The notes beneath the pieces were generated by a model, which saw nothing but the letters and a program-made list of their open reading frames with translations, searched no databases and was not told where the DNA came from. The translations under genes were made by a program, and so were the position numbers. From Dictyostelium discoideum (lineage: Eukaryota): a DNA stretch of 64,000 nt. Positions within the stretch are counted from its first letter, which is position 1. Every line of letters starts with the position of its first letter. Where the stretch lies: contig CM000151.3 in NCBI GenBank assembly GCA_000004695.1, forward strand, positions 6,912,001 through 6,976,000, in the 5' to 3' direction. Positions 46,359 through 61,765 of the stretch are shown here, one piece after another.

Positions 46359-47628
46359 ATGTCATCAACGATTGTATCATCAATTGGTAGTAATTCATTT
46401 ACTAAAGTATTTAGTAGTAGTGGTAGTGATGCAGTTGGAGGATTAATTTTATTAGAAGATAGTTTAGAATCATCATCTCAACATTTATTAAATCATTTAT
46501 ATTCTTTATGGTTACCAACAATATCAAAACAACATAGAAATATTTGGTTTTTAAATTTTAGTTCAACCATTTCTGAATATAAACAATTATCAAAAAAATA
46601 TAATAATTGTAATTTTATAGTTATTGATTATTATTCAGATTCATTTGGTTGGAATAATAATAATAATAATAATAGTAATAATAATAATATAACAGAGAAT
46701 TTACAACAAATTCCAATGATTTTTAAATCTGTAAAACATGATTCAGCTTCAATTATTAAAGATATTCAAAATGTTTATAATTGTAAATTAATATTTTTTA
46801 AATAATTCAATTAAAATAGTATATATATATATATATATTATTTTTTTACTAATATAATAATAAAAAATGTACACAGGTGTACCAAATAAATTTAAAGAAA
46901 ATCCAATAATTTTAATAAATTCAATATCAACATTAATTTTAAAGAGTGGATTATCAGATACATGTAATTTAATTAGATCATTAACAAATTATAATTTTAA
47001 TAAAGTAAAGCAAGATAAAGAGAAACAAGAAAAGGAACAAAAAGAACAACAAGATAATAATAATAATAATAATAAAAAAAAGATTGAAAAAATTAATAAA
47101 ATTGAAACAGGTATTGAAGGTAGTGTTAGTAATAGAATAAAGATGGAGAAATCATTTAGTTGTATATTTGCAATCTTACATACAGATTTACATGAATATG
47201 AACAATCCGTTCAAAAACAATTACAATATATATCATCAGTTTCAATTCAAGTTACACCATTATCAGCCAAATTAAAATATTCAGAATCTTTACCACATCC
47301 ATACGAATCAACAATTACATTGATCACTAAAAAACGTTCAGGCAGAGTCGTTAGAAATGTAGAATACTATTATATAAATAATGCCACTGGTAAGGTTGAA
47401 TTTGATTCTGCTGAATCATTACAAACCAAACAAGAGGAACAAGAACCTGATCCAACTCAAAATTTATCATTTAATCTTAAATTAACTGAAGATGAAAAAC
47501 AAGCTAGAGATTCTGTAGTTTTACCATATAGACATCAAGGTAATAATAATGAACAAACTTTATTAATTGAAGATCCAGATGATGAAGATTTTGATGATGA
47601 AGATCCTGATGATGATTTAGATATTTAA
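46359..47628 (+). CDS. Hypothetical protein of about 392 aa. A 2-exon model merges two adjacent ORFs. Function unknown.
   Basis: Exon 1 is 46359-46782 (MSSTIVSSIGSNSFTKVFSSSGSDAVGGLILLEDSLESSSQHLLNHLYSLW...DIQNVYN) with donor GTAAAT. The intron is 46783-46876 with acceptor TACACAG. Exon 2 is 46877-47628 (C VPNKFKENPIILINSISTLILKSGLS...DPDDDLDI*). Alternative: two separate genes. Confidence 0.45.
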
Positions 47629-47827
47629 AAAAAAAAAAAAAAAAAAAACAAAAAACAAATAAATTAATATAAATTAAAATAACAAATCTCTTTTTTTTTT
47701 TTTTGTACAATTTTATAAAATTTTATTTAATTATTTATATATATATTTTTTTTTTATTTTTTTCTTTTTATTATTATTATTGTTATTTTAATATTTATTT
47801 TTTTTAGGTTGAATGAAAAAGTTATTT

Positions 47828-48358
47828 TTAACCTAAGATTTTAATTGCTTTTTGTTGATTTTTATTATGAGTATTTGAATGTTCTAAGCCAATAAAAGTA
47901 TTTACAGCATTCCAATCAATATTAGTACCAATTGAACCATCATCTGGAATGTATTCAACTTTATCACCTCTAATGATTGAAATCTTCCATCTTGAGAATT
48001 CTTTGGAAGATAAAGATTTTGATCCACCCAATTTCGCATATAATCTTGTTCTAAGTGATTGACAAGATTCACCAGGTTTATAAAGTATTGTCATTGGTGA
48101 GCCATGGAATAATGGATAATTATGTTCTCTACTATAATGAACTACAAATACAACTCTTTCTCCATTTTTTGGATTCATCTCTTCATCTGATATCATCTCT
48201 GCTCTCAATGCTGAAGAATCACCAATTGAGCAAACATCTTCGTCTGTTAATATCTTTTCAACTCTATATCCTCTAATTTCAATAAGTCTAATTTTATTTG
48301 AATCAATTGTTTCAATATCAAAATTATTATTATTCTCTTGTTTTTGATTTTCATTATC

Positions 48359-48420
<62 letters not shown>

Positions 48421-49397
48421 GATTATTATTATTTATAACTATACCATTCGTTTGTTGTTGTTGTTGTTGTTGTTGTTGTAAATTATTATTATTATTTTGT
48501 TGTTTATAATTTAATTTAATAGTTTTTAAAAATTCATTAATTAATTCTTTAACATCACCAACTCTTAATACCCAAACTGAAATGATTTCAAATTCATTTG
48601 TAAAAGGTTTTTGCCAAGTGATTTTAAAGTTTCTTTTGATTTCACAATCTTTAACTGGAATATTTAAGATTTCAAAGTAGAGTAAATCAGTTAATTTATT
48701 TGTACTTGATAACATATCATACAATGGTATATTATCATTTGGTTTGATTGGAGAGATTGGAGCGGCCATATTTTGTTTACACATTAACCTAATGTTTTCA
48801 GAGTTTGCACCAACTAGTGTCGCAATCTTTGCAGTGATTTCAGAGTATTTCATTTGTTTTGAGAATTCACAATTGAATTGAACTTGACTATTATCTACTT
48901 GTTTAATCTTTACAACTTTTGTATTTATGATATATTGAAAGTAGTCAATGACTGTTGGTAAATTGAATTTATTTGGAGAGGCAACTTGTTTTTGAAATAC
49001 TAAAATATCACCACTTAACATTTCACACTTTGTCAATGTTTCATTTGGTTTAATTGGTTGAATATTTGATGAAGTAATCTCCTCATAGACTAACAATGGT
49101 GTATTAATTGGTAAACCTGCCAATTGACATAGTTGTGGGAAGACACTAGATGCCTTTAAACTAATATCCAATACTTTTGATCCTAAAAACTTTAAACTTT
49201 TAGTCTCTGGATCATAAAATTTAAAAAATAATAATGCACTAGTTTCATTATCCTTATCGATTTTTGGGAAAAATGAATTCATATTATCTACAATTTGATT
49301 ATTATTATTATTGTGATGGTGATGATGCTGATGCTGATTTATACCACTATTAATTTGATTTATTCCACCAGTTAAACCACTGTTAACATTATTATTA

Positions 49398-49429
<32 letters not shown>

Positions 49430-51031
49430 GTTGTTATTATTACTATTATTATTATTAATATTATTATTAGCTAAAATATAATTATTACCATTTGAAGTTG
49501 GTGCAATTAATGGTCTTGGATTAAAACAAATCTCTAAATGTAATCTTATATCGCCATTCATTCTAGCACGAATTAAATTTAAAGACGTATCATCTTGTTC
49601 TGGATACTTTTCAATTCTATGAGTTCTGTTTCTTCTAGTTGTCCAAGCCCAAATTCTTTGTCTTTCAACTGGAATACCATATTGGGCAGTAATTTGTTTC
49701 TTAAAATGACCAATACTCATATTATCATGAGTCTTTTTAAATGTTTTTGGTGGGAATCTCTCGAAATCAATTAAATCAAATGATTTATGATCAGTAAAAT
49801 CTTCATCTCTAGTAAGTCTAAGTTGAAATGTTTGTTCATTCTCTCTCATTTCATCCTTTTCAATTCTAGATTTCAAATGTTCTGGTATTTCTGTTTCATC
49901 AATTGTTCTAGTTAATTGGTCATAACAATTATTTCTAAAATAAACTAACATATCTATAGATAAATTTAAATTTTGTAAAATAATTAATAATTTATTATTT
50001 TATTAATTAATTATATAAGTGTATACATACAAGCATTATCACTTCTACCTGGTCTAATACCAAAATCAGAACCAAATGATTCATCTGAAACTCTATCAAA
50101 TGTTGATTTTGTAACTTCATCATCATCAAATTTGAACCATTCTCCATTTGATTTAATAAATGCATAATAATGACCATTATGTAAATCACCTGAATGAATT
50201 AATACACTTTTAATTTTTAATTTTTTTTTTTTATAGTTAGTTTTTATTTTATGAAAAATAAATAATAACAATATATATATATATATATATACATTACCTT
50301 TGTAAAGTATAAATATAAGAAAGTGATTTATCAGCACCTTCATCTAAATAACGATTTAAATCTAATGTATCTGGGAATTTGTATTTATCATTAATTTTAA
50401 CATTTTCATCTCTAATTGGATCATATTCAAATCTTTTCAAATGTAAATTTAAAACTGGTGGTAATGATAAAAATTTGACACCTTTGTTTGCATTCTAAAT
50501 AATAGTTTAAAAAAAAAAAAAAAAAAACAAAGTTAATAAAATAAAATAAAATAAAATAATTTAATTAAACTTACTTGTAAACCAAAACCTTCAGCGAAAT
50601 ATTGATTTGAACCATCTAGTCTTTCAGTTTCTGTATATTTATCAAATGAAGCAATTATATCTTTACAACCTTTAACATTTAAAGAAAGGTCATAAAAGTA
50701 TTCATCACTTTTTGATTCAAATGATACTTTTTCACATTTAATAAAGTTTTTGATTTTTCCACGAAATAAATCATCAACTGTACCTTCAGCTTTGGTACCC
50801 TTCATCTTATCATTTAAATTATCACACAAGACACGATTTAATTCTTGAACATCATGTTGTGTGAAAATATCCATTGTATCCCATCCAAAACTTTTCGTTA
50901 ATTCTTTAGTTCCAACTGCTTTATCTCCAAATTGTAATTTAAAAAATATTCTCTGTAATGCTAATGATATACTTTTTGTTGGATCATCTGAAATTGTTGG
51001 TAATTCATAAACTGCCTTTGGAATAATAATA

Positions 51032-51063
<32 letters not shown>

Positions 51064-51067
51064 GTTA

Positions 51068-51133
<66 letters not shown>

Positions 51134-51682
51134 TTATAATGTTAATTTTAAAATTGAAATTGAAATTATTACTCTTCTAAATGGTGAAATATGAAACAAT
51201 GCCTGTAATAATGAATTCATATAACAAGTTGCACCTTGATTTTGTAAACCAACATAACCAGTAATTTTTTTACTATCATAACTTGAAGAATCAATACAAC
51301 TGTATGCTTGAACTACTTCAACATTAATAATAAAACCATCATCAATCATATAGCCTTGTTCTGGATCTAACAATGTTTGAATATCCATAAATCTATTGAA
51401 TCCCCAATCTACACCTTTTGAATTAAATAAATGATCTGATATTTTTCTAACATTTTTTTCTGGATTCTTTTGATTTAAAATTTCTAATGTAAATGATGCT
51501 TTAATATTTGGATGTCCAGGTTGTTGAACTTCAAGTAAATCTAAAAAGAGCGATATATCTTTATTATCTGTATTATTACCTTTTGGGAATACATATAATC
51601 TCCTATTGATTTTAAAAATAAAAAATTAAAATAGAATGAAAAAAAAAGGGAAAATAAACAATTAATAAATCTTTTTTTAAAA

Positions 51683-51721
<39 letters not shown>

Positions 51722-52191
51722 TTAATGTAGAAAAAATTATTATTGTTTATTTTTTTTTTTTTTTTTTTTTTTTTTTTCTTTTTTTTTTTTTTACTTTTAC
51801 TTTGTGTTTTTATTCTTATAAAAATTCTTTTTTTATTTATTTTTTTTTTATTATTTTTTTTTTTATTATTTTTTTTTTTATTATTTTTTTTTTATTATTT
51901 TTTTTTATACATACCAAGTTAAATCTAAAATTGTTTGAGTCTCTGTATAAAATGGTTTATCTTTTTGTGAAAAATTTGTTACTTTGTATGCAGTTTTGGT
52001 GGGTCTTGGTGTTGGTATAATATTTATAGCAGCAGGAGCTGCACTATTATCATTATTATCAATAGTATTTTCACTATTCTCTACTGAGTTATTATTATTT
52101 TTATCATTATTATCATTATTATTATTATCATTATTATCATTATTATTATTATCATTATTATCAATAGTATTTTCACTATTCTCTACTGGGC

Positions 52192-52245
<54 letters not shown>

Positions 52246-52332
52246 TATTTACAGGTTGTGCTCCATTTACAGAGTCTGGTGAAGATATCATTGGTGTATT
52301 ATTACTTGGGTTATTTTCATTTTGTGTATTAC

Positions 52333-52363
<31 letters not shown>

Positions 52364-52465
52364 TTGAGGAGGTGATAGAGTTGTGACCTCTTTTAAAATA
52401 TTAAGTTGTTGTTGTGGATGTGGCTGACCATTATTTTTATTCTCATCTAATATAATATTATTCAT
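47828..52465 (-). CDS. usp7: Ubiquitin carboxyl-terminal hydrolase 7 (USP7/HAUSP) orthologue with an N-terminal MATH domain and a USP catalytic domain. 6 exons, about 1306 aa.
   Basis: Exons are 51915-52465, 51173-51602, 50575-51015, 50298-50494, 50031-50206 and 47828-49953. Donors are GTATGT, GTAATA, GTAAGT, GTAATG and GTATGT. Phases are consistent. The MATH domain spans a junction: LDLTW|RLYVFPKGN. Cys box: GYVGLQNQGATCYMNSLLQ. Core: AVYELPT..QHDVQELNRVLCDNLNDKMKGTKAEGT..LFRGK. His box: HSGDLHNGHYYAFIK..WFKFDDDEV. Poly-Asn/Gln inserts are Dictyostelium-typical. Confidence 0.9.
51061..51135. repeat. (ATT)25 microsatellite inside USP7 intron 2.
   Basis: A perfect trinucleotide run. Confidence 0.9.
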
Positions 52466-53123
52466 ATTTGATGTGTGCGAACGTGTATGTCACAAAATAT
52501 AAAAAAAAAAAAAATAAATAAAAAAATAAAAAATGAAAAAAAAAAATTAATTAAAAAAAAAAAAAAAAAAAAATATAAAAAAAATAAATTAAAAAATTTG
52601 TTTGAAAAAAAATAAAAGAAAAAATAAAAAAAAAAAAAAAAAAAAATAATTGGTTTTGATAAGTTTTGTTTATTTTATTTTAATTATTTTTTTTTGTCCA
52701 AAAAAAGTTAATTAATTTCCAAATTTGTTCGTAATATTATTTTTGTGTGGAAATCTGTTTCATAGCTGAGTGTGAAATTAATTTGTATTGATTTAAATAA
52801 TTTCCAATAACCAAATAATTTAATTATTAAAAAAAAAAAAGAGGAGTAGGTTATTTTTTACCATCACATATGTGATTTTAAAATTACCTATCTTTATTTA
52901 ATATAATTTAGTTATTATAATTTAGTTATTTGAAAAAAAAAAAAAAAAAAATTTTATAATATTTGATTTTTTTTTATTTTTTTTTTTTTCTCGGATATCT
53001 AGGAAAAAGACTCCAAAAATAAAATTTAATACACAATGATTTTTTAAAAAATAAAGAAAAGGTAACAAATTGTCTTAACAACCAAACCAACTGCAATGAT
53101 TCAATATTTTATTTGGAACTTTT

Positions 53124-53156
<33 letters not shown>

Positions 53157-55759
53157 AAAAAAAAGAAACCAAAAAAAAAAAAAAAAAAAAAAAAAAGAAA
53201 AATAAAAAAAAAAAAAAGAAAAATAAAAAAAACTTTTTGAAAAATAAAACAATTTAGATACTAAAAAAAAAAAATAATAATTTAAATTATTAAAATATTT
53301 ATACATATAAAATAAAATAAATAAAAAATAAAAAAAAAATTTTTTTTTTAAAAAATAAGTTAAAAAATAAACTAATTTATTTCTCATTTATTCGGTTTGT
53401 TTATTTATTACGATTTTAATTTTTGATCGATTTGAAATATAACACCAAAACTTTGAAAAAAAAAAAATATCTTTTTTTTATTTTTTATTTTTTTTTTTTT
53501 TTAATTTTTATTTTTTTTTATTTTTAATTTTTATTTTTTTTTCTTTTTTCTTTTTTTTTAATTTTTTTCTTTTTTTTTTATAATATTTTATTTTACATTT
53601 ATTTTTTTACTTTTTTTTCTCCAATCACAATCCATATTTTAAAATAAACACTCACACAGTGTTCAGTGTTTTTTCATTTTTTCATTTTTTTTTTTTTTTT
53701 TTTTTTTTTTCTAAAATTTTGATAACAATTTTTTATTTTTAGTTTTTTATTTTTTTATTTTTTTATAATGGAAAATATATAAATATTTTTTTTTCCTTTC
53801 AATTATTTATATAAAAATTGATTTTTTTTTTTCTTTTTTTAAAATTTTAAAATAGTGTTGTTATTTTTAAAAATTCTAAATAAAATAATTGAATCACCTT
53901 AAATCAAAAGGATTTGATTGTAAGTAATAATTAATTTTAATAATAAATCATTCCATAACACACACCCCACACTTGAATTTCACTAAAAAAAAAAAAAAAA
54001 AAGTAAAAAAAATAAATGAAAAAACTTTTGATTAGAACTAAAATTTTTTTGAATGTGTGTGTTTTTGGAGTTGATTAATATTGTTGTTGGTTGGTTAATT
54101 CATTTTTTAATTACTTTTTTTTTTTTTTTTTTTTTTTTAAATTATTATTTTTTATTATTTTTTTTTTTTATTTTTATTTTTATTTTTTTTTGACCTTGCT
54201 ATTTATTTATTTTTTTCTTTTTTATTGTTCGAAAATCATTAAAAATAAAGCTGCAAATATTATAAATAATTGCTCATTATTGTATTTTTACTACTTGTAC
54301 CAATACTTCAAATAATAATTCAACATCACCAAAAATAAAAATAAAAATATAAATAAAATAAAATAAAATAAAAACAGAAAAAAAAAAAAAAAAGAACCAT
54401 CAAATTTCAATTAATCAGTTTTTTACAATAAAATCAAAAAAAAAAAAAAAAAACAAAAAAAGTAAAAAATTTAAAAAAAATACATCAAATTTTTTATTTT
54501 TACCATAATTTTCACTTTTTTTTTTTTTTTTTTTTTTTTGGCTTATGATCTAAAAATAGAATCAAGTGTTTTCGCCATTTTTTTGTTAAAAAAAAAAAAA
54601 AAAAAAGAATTAAAAATTTTAAAAATTCTCTCTCTTTCTCTCTTCCATTCTTTAAAAATAATCAATTTACACAAAAACAAATATTAAATATTCAATAAAT
54701 TGAAAAAAAACAAAGAATTGTTTTTTTAATATTTTTTTTTTTTACCACCCCAATTTCTTTTTTTTTTTTTTTCAATTTAAAAATTTAAAGATAAATTTTT
54801 TTTCTATTTTTAGTTTGAAATATGTGATTAATTATTGTCATAATACTTTTTTTTTTTTCTTTATACAACTAAAAAAAAATAATAAAAAATAAAAAAAAAA
54901 AAAAAAAAAAAGTATTTTAATCTTTAATTTTTGTTCCTTAAAAGTATTTATTTTATCTTAAATTGTGCATGCATCATATATGTCTTGGATTTTGAAATTT
55001 TTATTTTTTTTTTATTTTTTTATTTTTTTTTTATTTTTTATTTATATAATTAAACAAATAAAAATGAAATTTTTTAAACATATAAAGACACCCAGGAACA
55101 TATTATTTTTTTATTTTTTTATTTTTTGCGATATTTAATTAATATTTGTGGAGTGTGTTACCATCTTTTTTTTTTTTTTTTTTTTTATTTTTTATTTTTA
55201 CATGGCATAAAACAAATATCAATGTATTGGTTAATTATTTATTTTTTATTTTGTACTTTTTATAAAATACCCATTCATTATATTTGGATAAAGGAATTAT
55301 ATTAAAATTTTAATTTTCCTTTTTATTTTTTATTTTTTTTTTTTTGGTTTTCATTTTTTTTTTGTATAAACCACAACTAATTATAAAATTATTGTTATTT
55401 TAAAAATACTAATTTTATTTATTTATTTATTTATTTATTTATACAAATATAAATATTTATATATTTTTTTTTTAAAATGATTTTTTAAATAATTTTTTAA
55501 TTTTTTTTCCAACCTGCCCAATCATCATTTCAACCCCATCCAATTATATCATTATCCATCCCAAAAACAATAATTTTTTTTTTTATTATTTTGTTTTTTT
55601 CCTCAAAAATCAATTTCAATATAAATAATAATTTCTATAATAGAAATATAACAATATCAATATTTTAATTAAATTTAATTAAAATTTTTATTTTTTATTT
55701 TTAAAAACAACAATATTATCATTTTTTTTTTTTTCCTTTCCATTTTTATTTTTCTTTCA

Positions 55760-55815
55760 TATCAAATAAATCAATCAATCAATCAATCTCAATCAATCTC
55801 AATCAATCAACCAAT
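55760..55815. repeat. (CAAT)n / CAATCTCAAT microsatellite about 170 bp upstream of the CRIB-gelsolin gene start.
   Basis: atcaatcaatcaatcaatctcaatcaatctcaatcaatcaacc. Confidence 0.8.
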
Positions 55816-55979
55816 AATTTTTTTTTTATTTTTTTATTTTTTTATTATTTTTTTTTTTTTTTTGGAACTTATAAATCAAATATTTTATTTTATAATTTTT
55901 GTTAGCAAGAGCTGCTCATTAATTAATTTTTTTTTTTTTTAGAAATCCAATATAAATTCAAAAAAAAAAAAAAAAAAAA

Positions 55980-56487
55980 ATGGAATCAATATCAGAATCA
56001 AAAACAACACCAACTACACCAACAAGTAAACATGGTCAATCATCACCATGGAAAAAAAAGAAAAAATTATTAAAACCAAGTTATTCTTCACCATCATCAC
56101 CAAAACTATCAATATCACCAAAATTATCATCATCAAATTCAAATATAACACCACCATATTATAATACACCACCACAATCACCTGGTTCAAAATTAAAATC
56201 ATTTTTTTCAAAATTAAATTCACCAAATAAACATCATAATAAAAATTTTAATAATCACAACAATAATAACAATAATAATACAACATCATCCTCCCCAACA
56301 GAAGGATCAATTACACCATCATCAAATTCATCATCAACAAATCATTCACCAGTTATAAGTAGTCCATTTGGATTCGCTCATATAACACATGTAAATTTCG
56401 ATTCATCAAACCAAGAATTAACTGTAAGTTTTTTATTATTATCATAAAAAATATATTTTTTTTTTTTTGGTTAATTAATTTATTTTC

Positions 56488-56541
<54 letters not shown>

Positions 56542-59500
56542 ATTACCAAGAGATTGGGGTAAAACATTAAAAAGATCTGTAAATAAATTAGTAACAGTAA
56601 GAAGAGATAGTACTGCACAAAGAACATCATCAATTGGTAGTGGACTTGGTGATAGCAATAATAGTAGTAATAGTAGTAATAATAATAATAGTATAGCAAA
56701 ACAAAAATCAACATCATCATCAGCATTATTACAAAAACCACAATATGAAAATAATATACAAATTAGAGAACAAGGACTACTACTACAACTACCACCACCA
56801 CCGCCACCACCACCAATTAAATCATTTGAACATGAAATTGCAAATAAATTAAGATTATCAACACCTGATGATTTAGCATTATCACTTGAGAAATCAACTA
56901 GTAATAATAAATTATCAAAGTCTTCAAATATTAGACCAAAATCATCAACTACAACAACAACCACAACAACCACCAACACAACCAATAATAATAGTGGTAA
57001 TACAACAACGACAACAACGCCACCAACAACACCAAGTAAAAAATCAACAACTAGAAAATCATCACCAACTAAATTAACAACACCAACACCAACACAATTA
57101 CAAACATCTACATCTACATCGACAATAATAAATTTAGAGAATAATAATAATAATGAAGAATTAGAAAGAAGTACATCAATTTTAAGTAGTTTAGTATCAC
57201 TTTCAAAATTAGATTCATCAAATAGTAGTAAGAGTATGGATAATTTAGTGATTGGATCACCAACATTAATTAGAAGGGATATTCATATAACGTGGAATCA
57301 TGTATCTGGTCAATTTGAAGGTGTACCAGATGAATGGCAATCAATGTTACAACCAATAACATCAGAAAAACAAAGAAAAAAGAGAATGGATTTAAGAAAG
57401 AGATTAATTCGTGAAGAATCTTTAAAATGTGATAAAGAGGAGAAATCAAGACAACAAATCCGTGATCGTAGAGAAAGATCAAGGTTATTAAGAATTGAAA
57501 GAAGAAGATCTGTTTATTTATCAAGAACAAATTCAAATAGTTTAACATCACCATCACCAACTGCAATAGCAACATCATCACCTCAACCTTTACCACCACC
57601 ATTTAAATCTTATTCATTACAAAATTTTAGATTATGGCAAATTTCAGGTACAGAATTATTTAAAACTAAAAGAGTTGAAGCATGTTTTGATTCATTATGT
57701 TGTAATGATGTTTTCGTTTTAGATTGTGGTAAAGTTATTTATGTTTGGATCGGTCAAGGTTCATCATTACAAAAGCAAGTTAAAGGTGCTTCAGTTGCAA
57801 ATAAAATTAAATATGAAAATGACTATATCAATGAACCAATTATAATTGAATTTTTAATTGATAATGAAAAATCACCTGAACATACTGAATTTTTTAGAAA
57901 TTTAACAACAACAACAACAAACTCACCATCATCAACAACAACAACATCAACCACATCAAATCAACAACAACCAATTACAATTAATAATGTTTTTACAAAT
58001 AACTTAATAATTAATGAAAAAGTTTTAAAGATTGGACAATCAGATGATCAAATACTTCAAGAAGAAGATTCAGAAGTTACATGGTTATATAGAGTTAATG
58101 ATAATGGTAAAATTAATATGATTGATGAGAAACCATTGGTACCAACACTATTGAATAGTAATACTTGTTTTATTTTAGATTGTGAAACTGATATTTACGT
58201 TTGGCATGGTAAATATTCTCATCCATTGAAACAAAAAGTTGCAGTAATATTTGCAAAAGAATTTTTAAATATCTTCTCACAAAGACCAACTTGGGCATCA
58301 TTACATATAGTTCATCAAGGTGAAGAACAGTGGTTCTTTAAAGAGCATTTCTTATATTGGTTAGAAGATGAATGTTTAATTGATAATTCTAAAAGAAATA
58401 CCCTAACTTTTAGATTAGGTACTTCTTCAAATGGTATCACTGGTAATGGTAATGGTGTCAATATAATTAATAAAGGTATAGGCAGTCATATCAATTTACC
58501 AACACCTATTCCAATTGATTCAAATTTCATGGTATCTGATTTATTCTCAATACCTGATCCATATAATACAAAACCAATTTCATTATCACCATCACCATCA
58601 ACTTCATCAATTTTAAATAATAATAGTAATAATTTTAGTGTAAATAGTAATAGTAGTAGTAGAAGTAGTATTATGTTATTAAATAATAGTAATAATGATA
58701 AAAAACAACATATTTCATTAGATATTTGGAAAGGTGAAGGTGATCAATGGAAGAAACTAACAAAAGATTTATATGGTCATTTTGAAACATCAAAATGTTA
58801 TGTTTGTCATCATGTTTATAAAATTAATGGTAAATTTCAATCAAGAGCTTACTTTTGGCAAGGATGTGAAGCATCCATTAGATGGTGGATCGTATTTCAA
58901 TTTGGTCTTTATAAAGAATTGGGTGAACATATGCAAATGTTAGATTCCTCACCACCACCAACTGAATGTTTAACTCAAAATAAAGAATCTCATGAATTTT
59001 TAAAATTATTTAATAATATTTTCATTCATTATACAACAAGATCAGAATCACATGAAACCAATAATGGCAGTGGTAATAGTATGGCACCATCATCATCATC
59101 ATTATCAATTTCTTCAATGTCTTCAATGGGTTCTGGTGTTTCATCAACTTCTTCAACGACACAACAACTTCAACAACAACAACAACAACAAAATAAACAA
59201 CATCATATTAGTATGTGTGGATTAGGTAGTAATACAAAACAAACACTTTATCAAATTACTTTAATTGCAAATACATTTACAAGATCTGTACAATTTCAAG
59301 AGTTTGATGCATCATGTTTAAATAGTAGAGATATGTTTATATTTCATTCGTTTGCTGCAAAAACTATATTCGTTTGGCATGGTAAAGGATGTAGTAAAGA
59401 GTTGAAATTAATTAGTCAAAATATTGCAAATTCAATATTGACTTATTATCAAAATACTGGTGAAATTTCAAAGAATGAAATGGATTTAGTAATTGATTGT

Positions 59501-60574
59501 CAAGAAGGTCAAGAACCACCAATATTTTGGAAACTTTTCTTATCCCTAACAAATAGTGCTGCTCAAAATGTTACAACAATGCCATTAGAACAAAAAAGAA
59601 ATTTCTATGCTTATGACCCATATTATGATCAACAACAACAACAACAACTCTCAACAATCAATAGTGTTGGTATTAGTGGTGGTGGTAGTAGTAATAATAA
59701 TAATTTAATAATTGAAAATAATAGAATACCACCAAAATTTTATCACATTTTTTATAATATTAAAGTTCGTACTTATGTTGTTACAAAGATTAGTCCATTT
59801 TGTCAAGGTGATCTTTGTGAAGAGGATTCATTCATTTTGGATTGTTTTTATAAGATATTTGTTTGGTTTGGTCCAGATTGTTCAAATAGAAAGAGGGAGA
59901 CCACTAAACAATTGGCAAAACAATATATTGAAGAATCAACCATTGGTCATTCAATTGATTCTACTAAATTGGTATTAATTGAATCTGGTGAAGAGGATGC
60001 AGAATTTAGATCATATTTTCAAGGTTGGTCCTATAATTTCATTTTAACCAATTGGAAAAATAATTCTCAATCTTTAATTGGCGCAGGTGCTGATCATAGA
60101 TTACTAAATTCAATAGTTTCCTATAGTTCAATGTCATCTCAAGTTGATAATATTGGCGGTGTTGAATCTGGTGATGAAGGTGGTGGCTATGGGTATGGTT
60201 ATGGTGGTTATGCTGATTCTAATAGCACAACAACAACAAGTTGTAATACTACAAACAATTCAACTTGTGGTACACCATTATCAAGTTCACCAATGTCTTG
60301 TTCACCTGGTTTTGGTTCATTTAATTTAGCTTCAACAATTATTAATACATCAAATGATGCTAATACTTTATCACAACCTTTAGAATCTTGGGAATTAGAA
60401 TTAGAATCAACCATTAATTCAATTAAAAAGAAACCAATCTTCTCTCCAAAACAACCTTCATCATCATCATCATCATCATCCTCTTCTTCTAATCCATCAA
60501 ATCAACATAAAATTAAAAAATATGATACAATTAAACAAATGTTAGATGAATTCGAACATACTCCAAATAATAAA

Positions 60575-60629
<55 letters not shown>

Positions 60630-61681
60630 TTAATAGTAGTAACTATGCTACCAATTTACCATCAATTACTGAAACTTCACCACCACCAACATTATCAATT
60701 TCTTTACCATCACAGTCTGATAATCAAACAATTTCAGAATTACCATCAATTTGTGATCCATTAGTAAATGAAGAATCAGAGAATAGTACTGGTAGTAGTA
60801 GTGGTAGTATTACAACAACCACCACAACAACTACAACAACTACAAATTTAAAACTACCACCACAATCACCCCCACAACTAATTGTTAATAAGAGAACATC
60901 ACAACATCAACATTTACAAGCACCTCCAAGTCCAAATCTTTCACCAGTTTTAAAGAATAGATTAATTGAACTTGCTCATGTAAATAATGCTAAACATAGA
61001 AAAAGGGGAGCTAGTGAAACAAAGAAATCAAGTCCACTCTTAAAAAGTATTTCAAAGGATAGACCATCAGCAATCGTTATCAATAATGTCACAAGAAATC
61101 ATGGTGGTTCTATAGATGCTAAATCAATGCAAGATTTAAAATTAAATAAAGTTGATATGGAATTAGATTTAGAAGTTATTAAACTTGAAAATGAATTATC
61201 TGTAATTGTTGAAAATATTCAAGATCATTCTCAAACTACTAATATTAAAACTGATAATATTATTAATAATAATAATAATTACAATAACAACAAATTAGAT
61301 ACAAATACTTCAACTACAACTACAACGACAACCGCTTTAGAAAAAATTGAGAGTAATACAAACAACAATGAAAAGATTGATGCTTCATCTGCTGTAGTTG
61401 CCAATACTGCTTGTAATAAACCAATTGAACAACAAGAAATTATTGAAGCACCTATTCAAAGAAAAATTTCAATACCAAATTTACCAATAGGTGCCAATAT
61501 AACACCAACACCAGTTCTAGTTCATACTTTATCATCACAATCAATTGCACCTCAATCACCATCGACAATTAAAAAAGTGGCATTAAAAGTTTCAGTTCCC
61601 GTAAAACCAATTGAAATTCAAAATATTGCTCTTACTACCTCAAATGCTACAATCTCTCAATCACCAAGACAATCAACTGTA

Positions 61682-61765
<84 letters not shown>

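Noticed and set aside
51802-52367. Plus-strand ORFs 51802-52020 and 51984-52367 (Leu/Phe-rich)
   Set aside because: The first lies in USP7 intron 1 and the second is antisense to the poly-Asn-coding USP7 exon 1. Composition-driven.
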